Positions 29,115 through 38,553 are shown, counted from the first letter of the stretch. The stretch is 64,000 nucleotides of DNA from Thermoanaerobaculia bacterium (GCA_963666565.1 OY762911.1:1920001-1984000), one strand, 5' to 3'. The notes: generated by a model from the letters alone, not told the origin. Made by a program: numbers and translations.

Positions 29115-30130
29115 TGAGGTCGGAAAGCGTCGGGACGTCGCTGGTCATCCCGACGTTTGGCCGCGTCGACTCCCTGGCAGGCTGCCTGCGCTCCATCGAG
29201 CGGGTGAAGCCGGGTTTCGACGAGATCCTCGTCGTCGCCGCCGGCGACGTGGACGGCGCGCGGCAAGCGCTCGAGCGCTTCGCCGAACTGCCGCTGACGC
29301 TCGTCGAGCATCCCGTTCGCTCGGCCGCGACGCAGCGGAATGCCGGCATCGAGCGGGCGACGGGAGACTTCGTCTTCTTCGTCGACGACGACACCGAGCT
29401 GCCGCCCGACTACGTGGCGGCGGCGCTGGCCGGGTTCGAGGCCCACCCGCGGGCGGTAGGGCTGACCGGGCCGGTGCAGGTCCCGCCGGGCCGGCCCGGC
29501 CGCCGCGGCCCGGTGTGGGTGGAGGCGTCGGACCTGCTCCTGGGGGCGCGGCCCGTCTTCCGCTCGCGGGTCCTGCGCTCGGGGTTCGCCGGGATGGCGG
29601 TGCGGCCCCTGAGACGAACGCCGCAAGCGGTGGAGTACCTCCAGGGCGAGAACGCCGTCTACCGCCGGCGGGTGTTCGACGAAGGATTCCGCTTCGAGCC
29701 CCACTTCGTCCGCTGGTCCTTCGGCGAAGACCTGATGCTGTCCTACCAGGTCCACAAGCGATACGGCCCCGGGTCGCTGCGGTGGGTTCCGGCGCTGACG
29801 CTGACGCACCATCACGACGACACGCGGAGCATCGACTACCCGGCGTCGATTCGGATGCGCGTGGTCTACCGGTTCATCTTCTGGCGGCGGGAGGTGTACG
29901 GCGGCTCGTGGTTCAACCTGTTCCGCTACCTCTGCGGCCAGGCGGCCTTCATGCTTCGGGAGGTGGCGCTCCGTCTTCCCGGCCGGCGGCGGCGGGCCTT
30001 CAGGATCGTCTGGGCGAGTTGGCGGTTCCTGCTGGCCCACTGGGACGACATCGCCGAGCACCGGATCGACTACAACCACTTCGTTCTGCACGGCGAGGCA
30101 CCGCCGGACGTGCCTCGTGGAAAAGCCTGA
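29114..30130 (+). CDS. Glycosyltransferase family 2 (paralog 4 of 4)
   Basis: SLVIPTFGR, FFVDDD, SRVLRSG, GEDLMLS; TGATG coupling. Confidence 0.88.
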   Translation: MRSESVGTSLVIPTFGRVDSLAGCLRSIERVKPGFDEILVVAAGDVDGARQALERFAELPLTLVEHPVRSAATQRNAGIERATGDFVFFVDDDTELPPDYVAAALAGFEAHPRAVGLTGPVQVPPGRPGRRGPVWVEASDLLLGARPVFRSRVLRSGFAGMAVRPLRRTPQAVEYLQGENAVYRRRVFDEGFRFEPHFVRWSFGEDLMLSYQVHKRYGPGSLRWVPALTLTHHHDDTRSIDYPASIRMRVVYRFIFWRREVYGGSWFNLFRYLCGQAAFMLREVALRLPGRRRRAFRIVWASWRFLLAHWDDIAEHRIDYNHFVLHGEAPPDVPRGKA

Positions 30131-30147
30131 CCGACCCCGCATTCTGC

Positions 30148-30176
30148 GTGCGCGAGTCTTCCGACCCGCATGCCGG
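30148..30176 (+). repeat. REP-like palindrome (variant)
   Basis: GTGCGCGAGTCTTCCGACCCGCATGCCGG. Confidence 0.75.
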
Positions 30177-30215
30177 CGTAGCCCGGAGGCCGCCGCTTCA
30201 GGCATCCCGGCTTCT

Positions 30216-30965
30216 CTACCTCGTCCTGACGCCGCTACGCCGTGAAACGTCCTTCAGACGGCGCTCGAAGTAGCGCTGGAAGATCCGGTTCTCTGGATAC
30301 GAATCGGGATCGGCCCAGACCGCGCCCAAACGACCCACAAGCCCAGCGATCCAGTCGGCTGCCTGAACGGTCTGGTAGCGATGGCTCTCCAAGTGGATGG
30401 GTGGCTCGATCAAGCGCCGTCTGGGGGATTGCCCGCCGAACATGGCGCGCGCCGCGTGAGTGATCAGGGTCGGCCGCAGAGCATGCTGGTCGAGGGCAAG
30501 CAGGAAACTCGCGGGATGGACGTCGGTCGCGCAGAAGCCATCGAGTCTCTTGATCGCTTCGTCGAACACGGCTGTGTACAGCCTCTTGGAGTTGTGCTGC
30601 GCTGGCGCCAGCGTTTTCTCCGTGCCGACATAGAAGACGACGCCTCCAAGCTCGTTCAGTTCCCTGAACATTCGGTACGTGAAGTCTCGAAGCGCACGGT
30701 ACTTCTGGACGTTCTTGACCGTATAGAGACTGGACCCCTTCTTCTCCCACATCGCGGGCTGCTTGCGGGATCTCCGGATCTCGAAGTCGAGCAGGTCGCA
30801 CTTGCGCTTGAAGAACCAGGTCGCGAACCACCTCACTTGATCTGCCGGCAGGACGTAGCCGGCAAGGCCGAACACCGGACTCGTGCGGTGGTGCGGGTCG
30901 GCACGGCTCACGAACGGGCCGACATGGCCGAACTCGTCCAAGTACGCTATGTAGGTTCTCGTCAT
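30216..30965 (-). CDS. DUF3800-family protein (putative RNase H-like nuclease)
   Basis: N-terminal YIAYLDEFG, central ALDQH, C-terminal ESHRYQTVQAADWIAG; lower GC than flanks. Confidence 0.82.
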   Translation of the reverse strand: MTRTYIAYLDEFGHVGPFVSRADPHHRTSPVFGLAGYVLPADQVRWFATWFFKRKCDLLDFEIRRSRKQPAMWEKKGSSLYTVKNVQKYRALRDFTYRMFRELNELGGVVFYVGTEKTLAPAQHNSKRLYTAVFDEAIKRLDGFCATDVHPASFLLALDQHALRPTLITHAARAMFGGQSPRRRLIEPPIHLESHRYQTVQAADWIAGLVGRLGAVWADPDSYPENRIFQRYFERRLKDVSRRSGVRTR

Positions 30966-30982
30966 CTGGACAGTCCGTAGGG

Positions 30983-31065
30983 GCCAGAGACACGAAGACC
31001 CACGCCGCAGCGTGGGCCTCGGAACGAGAGCATGAAGGGTTGCGGAACCCTCCCGGCGTCTCGGC
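30983..31065 (-). ncRNA. Putative structured RNA (3-way junction) in the DUF3800 leader
   Basis: Closing stem GAGACGC/GUGUCUC; hairpin GGAGGGUU-CCGC-AACCCUUC; hairpin GAGGCCCACGC-UGCG-GCGUGGGUCUU with a C(UNCG)G loop. Confidence 0.65.
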
Positions 31066-31069
31066 GGAG

Positions 31070-31099
31070 AGACTACAGCCGAGGGTGACTGGTCGTCAA
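31070..31099 (-). promoter_or_regulatory. Sigma70-type promoter for the RNA-DUF3800 unit
   Basis: TTGACG (31099-31094), 18 nt, TAGTCT (31075-31070); predicted TSS near 31062 matches the start of the closing stem. Confidence 0.65.
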
Positions 31100-31175
31100 G
31101 GAGTGGGTCGGGAATTCCCGACGACCATGCCCGAGGAGGCGCCAGCCGAAGCGGAGCTGGCCTTACGGCCGGCGC

Positions 31176-32684
31176 CTACTTCTGGCCACCCGCGGCGGCA
31201 TGCGGATCGGACCCGCGCACCCAGCAGAGGGCCATGCAGGCCAGGTACAGGACCAGCGCCGCGGCGGTGGCGATGGCGGCGGCTTCGGCGCCGCCCGCAG
31301 GCACGAGCAGGAAGTTGAGGCCGACGTTCGTGGCCGCAGCCACGGCGGACGAGATCATCAGGTAGCGCGTCTTCGCGACGCCGTGGGCCGCCAGGTCGAA
31401 GCAGTACGAGATGCCCAGGCAGGCGTAGCCCAGGGCGATCCACACGAGCAGATCGGAGACGCCGTCGCGGTAGCTCTCGGCCAGGAGCAGCGCGGCGAGC
31501 AGGTCGCCCCACAGCCAGACCGCCGCTACTCCCGCCACGCCGACGGCCAGCGTCGCCGCCAGCATCGGGGCCGGAAGCGGCGACGCACCGTCGCGTCGGA
31601 TCTTGGCCGCCGTCGCCGTTGTCGTGCCCTCGCGTCGGACGCCGGCCGGAGTCGCCGTCGTCGCGCCTTCGCGTCGGACGCCGGCCGGCGTCGCCGTCGT
31701 CGTGCCCTCGCGACGGACGCCGGCCGGGGTCGCCGTCGTCGCGCCTTCACGGCGAACGCCGGCCGCCATCGCCGCCGGGTACATGATCTGCACCGCGGCG
31801 CCGGCGAAGATGACGAAGGGCGCCGACACGAGACCGTACGCGGCCGCGTAGAGGCCGACCTGCGAATCTCCGTGGTAGTGGCCCAGGATGAAGCGATCGC
31901 TCTCGTGCAGCAGCCATCCCAGACAGCCGGCGACCATGAGCGGCCACGCGAACGGCCAGGCCCCCGACGTCGAGAGGACGCCGGCGGGAGCGTCCGCCCG
32001 CGTCTTCGGCCGAACGCCGGCAGGCTCGTTCTCGCGTGCCGTCGACTGGCCGCCGGCCGGCGCTTCGCCGGGCGTCGCCGCCCGCGGTTCGCGCAGCCGC
32101 CGGAACCCGGCGATCAGCGCCAGGGCGGCGGCGTGGGCGAGCAGGATCGTCCACAGCGACCGGTCGAGACGAGCCAACGCCGCGACGGCGAGCGGAATCG
32201 ACCATTGCATCGCGACGCTGATCGCCTCCGCGCTGCGCTGCCGGCCGCGGGTAACGGCGAGCGAGCGGTCATGCTCGACCAGCGCCTGCAGCGCCAGGAT
32301 CGCGACCACGCCGGCCAGCTCCGGGAGAGACAGCCGTTGCCCGCGGATGGCCAGCAGGTAGCCGCCCGCGACAGCCGCCACGCTGAGCGCGCCGACGTAG
32401 CGCACGAGCCAGCGGCGCGAGCTCCCAAGGAACGCGCCCGCCGCCCCGGCCGCGGCGGCGGCGTGGTACGCGCGCATCGCGTACTGGAGGAACGGCCGCA
32501 CCAGGACCGTCGACGCCAGGGAGAGCGCGGCGAGCGCCAGCTTGTAGCGGCCGAAGGCGGCGGGCGGGAGCGCCTCGGTCAGGATCCGCACGCCGACGAC
32601 GCCGCCCAGTGCCGTCAGGACGCGGCCGGCCGCCACGACCCCCAGATCCGCGCCGTAGCGGCGCAGGCCGGCGAGCCACGTCAC
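31176..32684 (-). CDS. wzx: Wzx-like polysaccharide flippase
   Basis: Multi-TM; GVRILTEALPPAAFGRY, SDRFILGHY...VGLYAAAY, NVGLNFLLVP..GAEAAAIAT; GTG start overlaps upstream stop. Confidence 0.8.
   Translation of the reverse strand: MTWLAGLRRYGADLGVVAAGRVLTALGGVVGVRILTEALPPAAFGRYKLALAALSLASTVLVRPFLQYAMRAYHAAAAAGAAGAFLGSSRRWLVRYVGALSVAAVAGGYLLAIRGQRLSLPELAGVVAILALQALVEHDRSLAVTRGRQRSAEAISVAMQWSIPLAVAALARLDRSLWTILLAHAAALALIAGFRRLREPRAATPGEAPAGGQSTARENEPAGVRPKTRADAPAGVLSTSGAWPFAWPLMVAGCLGWLLHESDRFILGHYHGDSQVGLYAAAYGLVSAPFVIFAGAAVQIMYPAAMAAGVRREGATTATPAGVRREGTTTATPAGVRREGATTATPAGVRREGTTTATAAKIRRDGASPLPAPMLAATLAVGVAGVAAVWLWGDLLAALLLAESYRDGVSDLLVWIALGYACLGISYCFDLAAHGVAKTRYLMISSAVAAATNVGLNFLLVPAGGAEAAAIATAAALVLYLACMALCWVRGSDPHAAAGGQK
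31591..31766. repeat. In-frame 39-bp tandem repeat (about 4.5 copies) inside wzx
   Basis: Units start at 31591, 31630, 31669, 31708, 31747 and encode AGVRREG[A/T]TTATP. Confidence 0.95.
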
Positions 32685-33838
32685 GCGTTCAGCCCGGCGA
32701 CGAGGTTGCGGACTCGCTCCTCGAAGGCGGCGAAGCCGAAGTGCCGCAGGCACTCCCGGCGCAGACGGACCGGATCGGTCAGTTCGGCGGGCGCCTCGCC
32801 GGTCAGGAACTCCAGGATGACTTCGACGAGCCCGTCGGGGTCGTCCGGGTCGACCATCCGCCCGAGGCGGCCGTCCATCAGCGCGTCCCGCGCCCCGTCC
32901 CGGTTGCCCGCGATGACCGGCTTGCCGCAGGCCAGCGCCTCGACGTACACGAGGCCGAATCCCTCGCCTTTGCTCGGCATGACGAAGAGGTCGCAGGCGT
33001 CGTACCAAGCCGGCAGTTCCTCGTCGGACACCGCTCCGGCGCAGACCACGGCCCGGTCCACGCCGAGGTCGCGGGCCAGCGCCCGGACGCGCGGCAGGTC
33101 GTCGCCCCGGCCGACGAGCAGGTAGCGCGCGTCCGGGCAGCGGGCAAGGACCTCGGGCAGCGCTCGCAGGACGAGGTCGTAGCCCTTGTAGCTCTCGCCG
33201 GCGTCGTAGCGGGCGACCGTCAGCAGGAGCGGCGCCCGGTCGAGGCCGAGCCGCTCGCGCACCGCGGCGCCGCCGCCGGGGCGGAAACGGTCGTGGACGG
33301 CGTTCGGCAGGACGACCGACCGTGGACCCGCCGCCGGCGCGAAGGCGGCCAGTTCGCGCCGGGTGTGGCGGCTGACGGTCACCAAGCGGTCCGCGCGCCG
33401 CAGCGCGGCCGATCGGGAGCGGCCGCGGCGCCGGCGGAGTTCGATGCCGTGGAGCCAGACGACGAAGGGCACGCCGAGCAGCCGCTTCGACCAGGCCGCC
33501 AGCGGCGCCAAGCCGGCATGGCCCGCCACAACGAGGCCGGGACGCCGCCGCCCGATGGCCCCGGCGAAGGCCCGGGTGTAGCGGAACCGGCTGGGGCCGT
33601 GCGCCGTTCCGCACGGCAGCAGCAGAGCGTCGCCGAACGCCTCGCCGGCCTCCGCGGGAACCTCGCGGTCCTGGTAGAGCAGCACTCGGTGGCTTGCGGC
33701 CGGCCAGCCGCGCGTCATCGCGCGCAGGATGTCCCGGCAGACGGCCTGGATGCCGCCGGGCGGGCCGAAGAGCATGGGGAACAGGTAGAGGACGTCGTGC
33801 AGGTCGCCCGGCTCGCGCGGGGCCGGCGCGGCCGTCAT
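32681..33838 (-). CDS. Glycosyltransferase family 4
   Basis: PGGIQ, LHGIE, VSRHT, YKGYD, MPSKGEGFGLVYVEALACG. Confidence 0.92.
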   Translation of the reverse strand: MTAAPAPREPGDLHDVLYLFPMLFGPPGGIQAVCRDILRAMTRGWPAASHRVLLYQDREVPAEAGEAFGDALLLPCGTAHGPSRFRYTRAFAGAIGRRRPGLVVAGHAGLAPLAAWSKRLLGVPFVVWLHGIELRRRRGRSRSAALRRADRLVTVSRHTRRELAAFAPAAGPRSVVLPNAVHDRFRPGGGAAVRERLGLDRAPLLLTVARYDAGESYKGYDLVLRALPEVLARCPDARYLLVGRGDDLPRVRALARDLGVDRAVVCAGAVSDEELPAWYDACDLFVMPSKGEGFGLVYVEALACGKPVIAGNRDGARDALMDGRLGRMVDPDDPDGLVEVILEFLTGEAPAELTDPVRLRRECLRHFGFAAFEERVRNLVAGLNA

Positions 33839-35649
33839 GCGTAGCACTCGTCGGCGACGCGGCGCGCCCACGCGCGCATCGCGCGGGGCGGCGCGGACCC
33901 GTCCGGCGTCGACAACCAGCGCCGCATCGGCACGCCGAAGCCGGTCTTCGGCCGGCTCAGGACCGCCCGGGGCAACGGCGTGGCCGGAGTCGACGCCAGT
34001 TCGCGCTTGCCCGCCGGGTGCCGTCCGACGAGCAGGGGCGCGATTCGCCGGAAGAAGAACGTGTCCACCAGCGGCGTGCGGATCTCGACCCCGTGGGCCA
34101 TTCCGGCCCAGTCGCTGTCGCGCAGGAGCTGGTTGCGCAGGTACCAGACCAGTTCCAGCGCGCTCACCCTGGCGCGAGCCGTGCGCAGACCGCCCAGCCG
34201 CGGCTGTTCGCGGCGCGCCGCGTCCACCGCGGCCCATCCCTCGCGGGCCATGTCCGGGTCCATCACGGAGGGCAGCTCCCAGGGCAGGAACAGTGCGCGG
34301 CGCAGCAGGTAGGCGTCGGGATAGCTCGTGCCGTACTCAAGCAGCGAAGCGTACTTGGGCGAGGCCGCCGCGGCGACGGCCGGAGCGCACAACCGGCGGA
34401 CGGCGGCACCGGCCCGGCGCAGCGGGCGCAGCGGCGCCAGCAGGCGGACGGCGCGGGGGATGTCGGAGAAGCCGCTGTAGCCGCCGAACAGTTCGTCGCC
34501 GCCTACGCCGGACAGGGCCGCCTTGAGCCCGGTCTCGGCCACCGCGCGGCTGACGAACCAAGCGTTGACGCCGTCAATGGACGGCTGGTCCATCGCCCGC
34601 AGCAGGCTGTCGCAGGCGTCGCGAAAGTCCCGTTCGACGACGCGCTTGACCTCGTGCGGCAACCTGTACCGGGCCGCGACCTGGCTGGCGAGGGGCGCTT
34701 CGTCGTCGAGGCCGCCGGCGAACTCGTCGAAGGCGAGGGTGACGGCGCGCACCGGGTCGGGCGCGGCCACCGCGGCGTGCGCGGCGACCGTCGCCGAGTC
34801 CTGGCCGGCGGACAGGAAGACGCCGACCGGGACGTCGGCGATCAAGTGTTGCTGGACAGTGTCGTGGACCGCGGCGCGCAGTGCTTCGGGGTCCGCCCAG
34901 TGCTGGTCGGAAGACCCTCGCGCTCGGGCGGCCCGTGCTGTCTGGGCGCGTTCGAGTTCCGCGACGACATCGAAGTGCCGGGCCGGCGGACGGAGGCCGG
35001 CGCCGTCCACCCACAGCGAGCAGCCGGCGGGCAGGCAGCGGATGTGTTCGAAGAACGTCCACGGCTCGGGAACGGCGCCCCAGATGAAGAAGCCGGCCCG
35101 GCCGGCCGCGGAAGGCGCCGTGTCGATGCCGCCGCCGGCGAGCAGGGCCTTGACCTGCGACGCGAACCGCAGCACGCCGCCGGCGTTCGCGTAGTACAGG
35201 GGCTTGATGCCGAATCCGTCGCGGGCCAGGAACAGCCCCCGGCGCTTCTCGTCCCGGATCGCCAGCGCGAACATGCCCCGCAGCCGGTCGACCATCGCGG
35301 GACCCTCCCGGTCGTAGAGGTGCAGCAGCACCTCGGTGTCGGAGGCGGTGCGGAAACGGCAGCCGGACGTCTCGAGCGAGCGGCGCAGGCTCCTGTAGTT
35401 GTAGATCTCGCCGTTGAAGACGATGACGAGCCGGCCCCCGTCGAGCTTCATCGGCTGAGCGCCGCCCTCGGAAGTGTCGATGATCGCCAGCCGCCGGTGC
35501 GCCAGGCCGATCCGCCGCGATGCGTCCAGCCAGAGGCCCTCGCCGTCGGGTCCTCGGGCCGCCATCGCGCCGCACGTACGGCCCAGGGCCTCGCGGTCGA
35601 CCGGAGGCGCGCCGGAGCGCCACGCGAAGTGTCCGGCGATGCCGCACAT
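33835..35649 (-). CDS. asnB: Asparagine synthase-family glutamine amidotransferase (glycan amidation)
   Basis: MCGIAG, RGPD, HRRLAIID, FNGEIYNY, SDTEV, RDGFGIKPLY, FLSAGQDS, SGVGGDELFGGY, EIRTP, KTGF. Confidence 0.92.
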   Translation of the reverse strand: MCGIAGHFAWRSGAPPVDREALGRTCGAMAARGPDGEGLWLDASRRIGLAHRRLAIIDTSEGGAQPMKLDGGRLVIVFNGEIYNYRSLRRSLETSGCRFRTASDTEVLLHLYDREGPAMVDRLRGMFALAIRDEKRRGLFLARDGFGIKPLYYANAGGVLRFASQVKALLAGGGIDTAPSAAGRAGFFIWGAVPEPWTFFEHIRCLPAGCSLWVDGAGLRPPARHFDVVAELERAQTARAARARGSSDQHWADPEALRAAVHDTVQQHLIADVPVGVFLSAGQDSATVAAHAAVAAPDPVRAVTLAFDEFAGGLDDEAPLASQVAARYRLPHEVKRVVERDFRDACDSLLRAMDQPSIDGVNAWFVSRAVAETGLKAALSGVGGDELFGGYSGFSDIPRAVRLLAPLRPLRRAGAAVRRLCAPAVAAAASPKYASLLEYGTSYPDAYLLRRALFLPWELPSVMDPDMAREGWAAVDAARREQPRLGGLRTARARVSALELVWYLRNQLLRDSDWAGMAHGVEIRTPLVDTFFFRRIAPLLVGRHPAGKRELASTPATPLPRAVLSRPKTGFGVPMRRWLSTPDGSAPPRAMRAWARRVADECYA

Positions 35650-35650
35650 G

Positions 35651-36298
35651 TCAGCTCGCTGCGCGCGCCGCCGTGCCGCCCCGTCCGGCGTCGGTGCGAG
35701 GGTGTTCGGATCCGCTCCAGGCGGCGTCGCGGAGCGTCGGAACCGGCGACGCCAAGCTCGGTCGGGCGTCGTCGAGGAACAGGCGGCACCAGAGTTCCAG
35801 GCAGACGACCGCGAAGGTGAGGAAGGCGCCGTCGCTGCGGCCGGCGCGATCGGCCCGCACCAGAGCCTGGACCGCCTCCGGGTCGAAGATGCCGCGCCGT
35901 TCAAGCGCGGTGGGGCTCTGCGGCTCGTCGGTCATCTCACGCAGTTCGCAGCGCATCCACCGGCGCAGCGGCACCCCGAAGCCGGTCTTCGGTCGATGGA
36001 CGATGTCGCGCGGCAGCAGGGGCGTCATCGCCCGTCTCAGGAGGTACTTGCCGCGAAGCCCGCGCTGCTTCAGCCGGGGCGGAACGCGGGCGGCGAACTC
36101 CACGAGGTCGGTGTCGAGCAACGGCGTCCGTATCTCGATGCCCTCGATGACGGCGAGCCGGCGATGGGCGAGGCCGATCTCCCGGCCGGGGTCCAGAAAC
36201 TGTCCTTCGTCGTCAGGGCCGCGGTGAGCGAGGCGCGCGTTCATCGCGGCCAGCAGCGCCGGATCGAAGCGGCCGGCGAATCCGGCGATGCCGCACAT
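35651..36298 (-). pseudogene. asnB: asnB paralog with large in-frame internal deletion
   Basis: MCGIAG...HRGPD...GLAHRRLAVIE is joined directly to GIEIRTPLLD...KYLLR...RPKTGFGVP; 215 aa versus about 600 aa for the intact neighbour. Confidence 0.85.
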
Positions 36299-36450
36299 TG
36301 TTGATTCTGCTAGCCTCTCCAGCGGCCGCGCCCTGCCGACCGCAAGAGTCCATTGTCGCACATGGCCCGGCGCGTGAGCGAACGAACCGACCGGGGCAGG
36401 AGAGTGGATTCCGTGGGCCAGACCGTGAACTTCCGATCCGCGGATCTCCC

Positions 36451-37833
36451 TTGAGCCGTACGGAAGCAGGATCGAATGCCGGTAGGGTTTCCGTAGCGGT
36501 CCATGCCGAGCCTGCGGTCGCGGCGCCGCCATCTGTCGAGGAACTGCAAGCGGCGGTCGCCACCCGCCGGGCGCGCACCGGCGTCATCGGCCTCGGTTAC
36601 GTCGGCCTGCCGCTGCTCGTGTCGCTGGCCGAGGCGGGGTTCGAGGCGGTGGGCATCGACATCGACCGGGAGAAGGTCGAACGCCTTGGCCGCGGCGAGT
36701 CCTGCGTCGCCGACGTCGCCGACGAGTCGATCCGGACCCTGATCGCCGACGGCCGGCTCCGCGCCACCGCCGACTTCAGCCTGCTGCGCGACCTCGACGC
36801 AATCTGCATCTGTGTTCCCACGCCGCTGAGCAAGACGCGGGACCCGGACCTCTCGCACGTCGGCGCCGCCGTGCAGGAAGTGGCGCGATGCCTTCGTCCC
36901 GGCCAACTGGTCGTCCTCGAATCGACGACCTGGCCCGGCACCGTCGAGCGGTTCGTGAGGCCCCGGTTCGAGGCGGGCGGGCTCCGTGCCGGCCGCGACT
37001 TCTTCCTCGCCTTCTCCCCCGAGCGGCTCGACCCCGGCAACCGGGACTGGGCGACCCGCTCCATCCCCCGCATCGTCGGCGGCGTGGATCCCGACTCTAC
37101 GCGGCTGGCGACGACCCTCTACGAGCAGGTCGTCGAGACGGTCGTGCCGGTGTCGTCGACCCGCGTCGCCGAGACGGTCAAGCTGATCGAGAACACGTTC
37201 CGCTCGGTCAACATCGCGCTCGCGAACGAGTTCGCCCTCATCTGCCGGAGCCTCGACGTGGATGTCTGGGAAGTCGTGGATGCGGCCGCGACGAAGCCGT
37301 TCGGCTTCATGTCGTTCCAGCCCGGACCCGGCCTCGGCGGCCACTGCATCCCGGTCGATCCGCACTACCTGGCCTGGGGAGCGCGCCAGAACGGCTTCGA
37401 GAGCCGCTTCATCGAGCTTGCGGCCGACATCAACTCGAACATGCCGGAGTACGTCGCGCGACGGGTCGCGGAAGTGCTCGACACCCGGTCCCGGGTCGTC
37501 GACGGCGCCCGGATCCACCTCGCCGGCGTCGCCTACAAGGCGGGCGTCAGCGATATCCGGGAGTCGCCGGCGCTGGAAGTCGCCCGGCTGCTCGCGGAGC
37601 GGGGCGCTGCGGTCAGCTACAGCGACCCGTTCGTCCCGGAGGCCGAGACGGACGGAGTCCGGCTGCCGCACGTGCCTCTGGAGGAGGCGCTGGACGCCGG
37701 CGTCGACTGCGTGGTCGTCACGACCGGCCACGCGGGAGTCGACTACGGCGCGATCGTCGAGCGCGCGCCGCTCGTCCTGGACACTCGCAACGCTCTCGCC
37801 GGCGTGACGGCCGGCAACGTCTTCCGCATCTGA
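36451..37833 (+). CDS. Nucleotide-sugar dehydrogenase (UDP-GlcNAc/ManNAc 6-dehydrogenase, WbpA/WecC-like)
   Basis: IGLGYVGLP, ICVPTP, LESTTWPGT, FSPER, KLIENTFRSVNIALANE, GGHCIPVDP, AYK..DIRESP; start uncertain. Confidence 0.92.
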   Translation: MSRTEAGSNAGRVSVAVHAEPAVAAPPSVEELQAAVATRRARTGVIGLGYVGLPLLVSLAEAGFEAVGIDIDREKVERLGRGESCVADVADESIRTLIADGRLRATADFSLLRDLDAICICVPTPLSKTRDPDLSHVGAAVQEVARCLRPGQLVVLESTTWPGTVERFVRPRFEAGGLRAGRDFFLAFSPERLDPGNRDWATRSIPRIVGGVDPDSTRLATTLYEQVVETVVPVSSTRVAETVKLIENTFRSVNIALANEFALICRSLDVDVWEVVDAAATKPFGFMSFQPGPGLGGHCIPVDPHYLAWGARQNGFESRFIELAADINSNMPEYVARRVAEVLDTRSRVVDGARIHLAGVAYKAGVSDIRESPALEVARLLAERGAAVSYSDPFVPEAETDGVRLPHVPLEEALDAGVDCVVVTTGHAGVDYGAIVERAPLVLDTRNALAGVTAGNVFRI

Positions 37834-37836
37834 TAG

Positions 37837-38544
37837 TTATCGCCGCACCCGGCGAAGGAAGGCGCTCGTCCGTCCGCCCAGCGCCGCGTCGAGGAGTTCC
37901 ACGCCGGCGGCGGGGCCGCCGCAGATCTCGATGCCGAGCCGCTTCGCGTTCGCTTCGGTCGCCTCGTCCGTGTCCGGCGCCACCAGAATCGTCCTGGCGG
38001 ACGACTGGCTGATGACGTCGACGCAGTGGTCGATCGTGTCGTCGACGAGGGCATCGAGTTCCAGGGCGGCGGCCAGGGCGCCCCGGGAACCCTTGTGCAC
38101 GATGACGCTCGGCAGCGTGAATCCCTGCTCCGCGAGCCATCGCTGCGTCTGGCGCTGCACCGTGTCGCCCGCCGTGGCGGGCCGCTGCGTGACGAAGAAC
38201 ACCTCCCAGCGCCCGCTGGCCGCGCGCTCCTCGAGCAGCGGGACGACGTCCGGATCGATCGGGTCGAGGGTCCGCCAGAAGTTCGGCGTCGAGCGGATGG
38301 CCTTCCAGACGCGATTCCGGCGGCGCGCCGAAGACCGCAGGTCGCGTCTCGCCGCGCGTCTCGCCGCCGTATCGTCCGCGGAGACGTCCGGTTGCCGGTC
38401 TTCCCGGCTCTCCGGCGGGTCGGTCTCGGCCGTTTCCGTTCGCCGATCGCGTACCCTGGGGTAGAGGCGGTCCGCGATCCGGCCGTAGGCGGCGGAGAAG
38501 TCCGCCAGGACGCCGTCCAGATCGAAGGCGATGCGCGGCGCCAT
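37837..38544 (-). CDS. HAD-superfamily 5'-nucleotidase-like protein
   Basis: RIAFDLDGVLADF motif I, FFVTQR, ALVDD. Confidence 0.7.
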   Translation of the reverse strand: MAPRIAFDLDGVLADFSAAYGRIADRLYPRVRDRRTETAETDPPESREDRQPDVSADDTAARRAARRDLRSSARRRNRVWKAIRSTPNFWRTLDPIDPDVVPLLEERAASGRWEVFFVTQRPATAGDTVQRQTQRWLAEQGFTLPSVIVHKGSRGALAAALELDALVDDTIDHCVDVISQSSARTILVAPDTDEATEANAKRLGIEICGGPAAGVELLDAALGGRTSAFLRRVRR

Positions 38545-38553
38545 GGCCGGATC

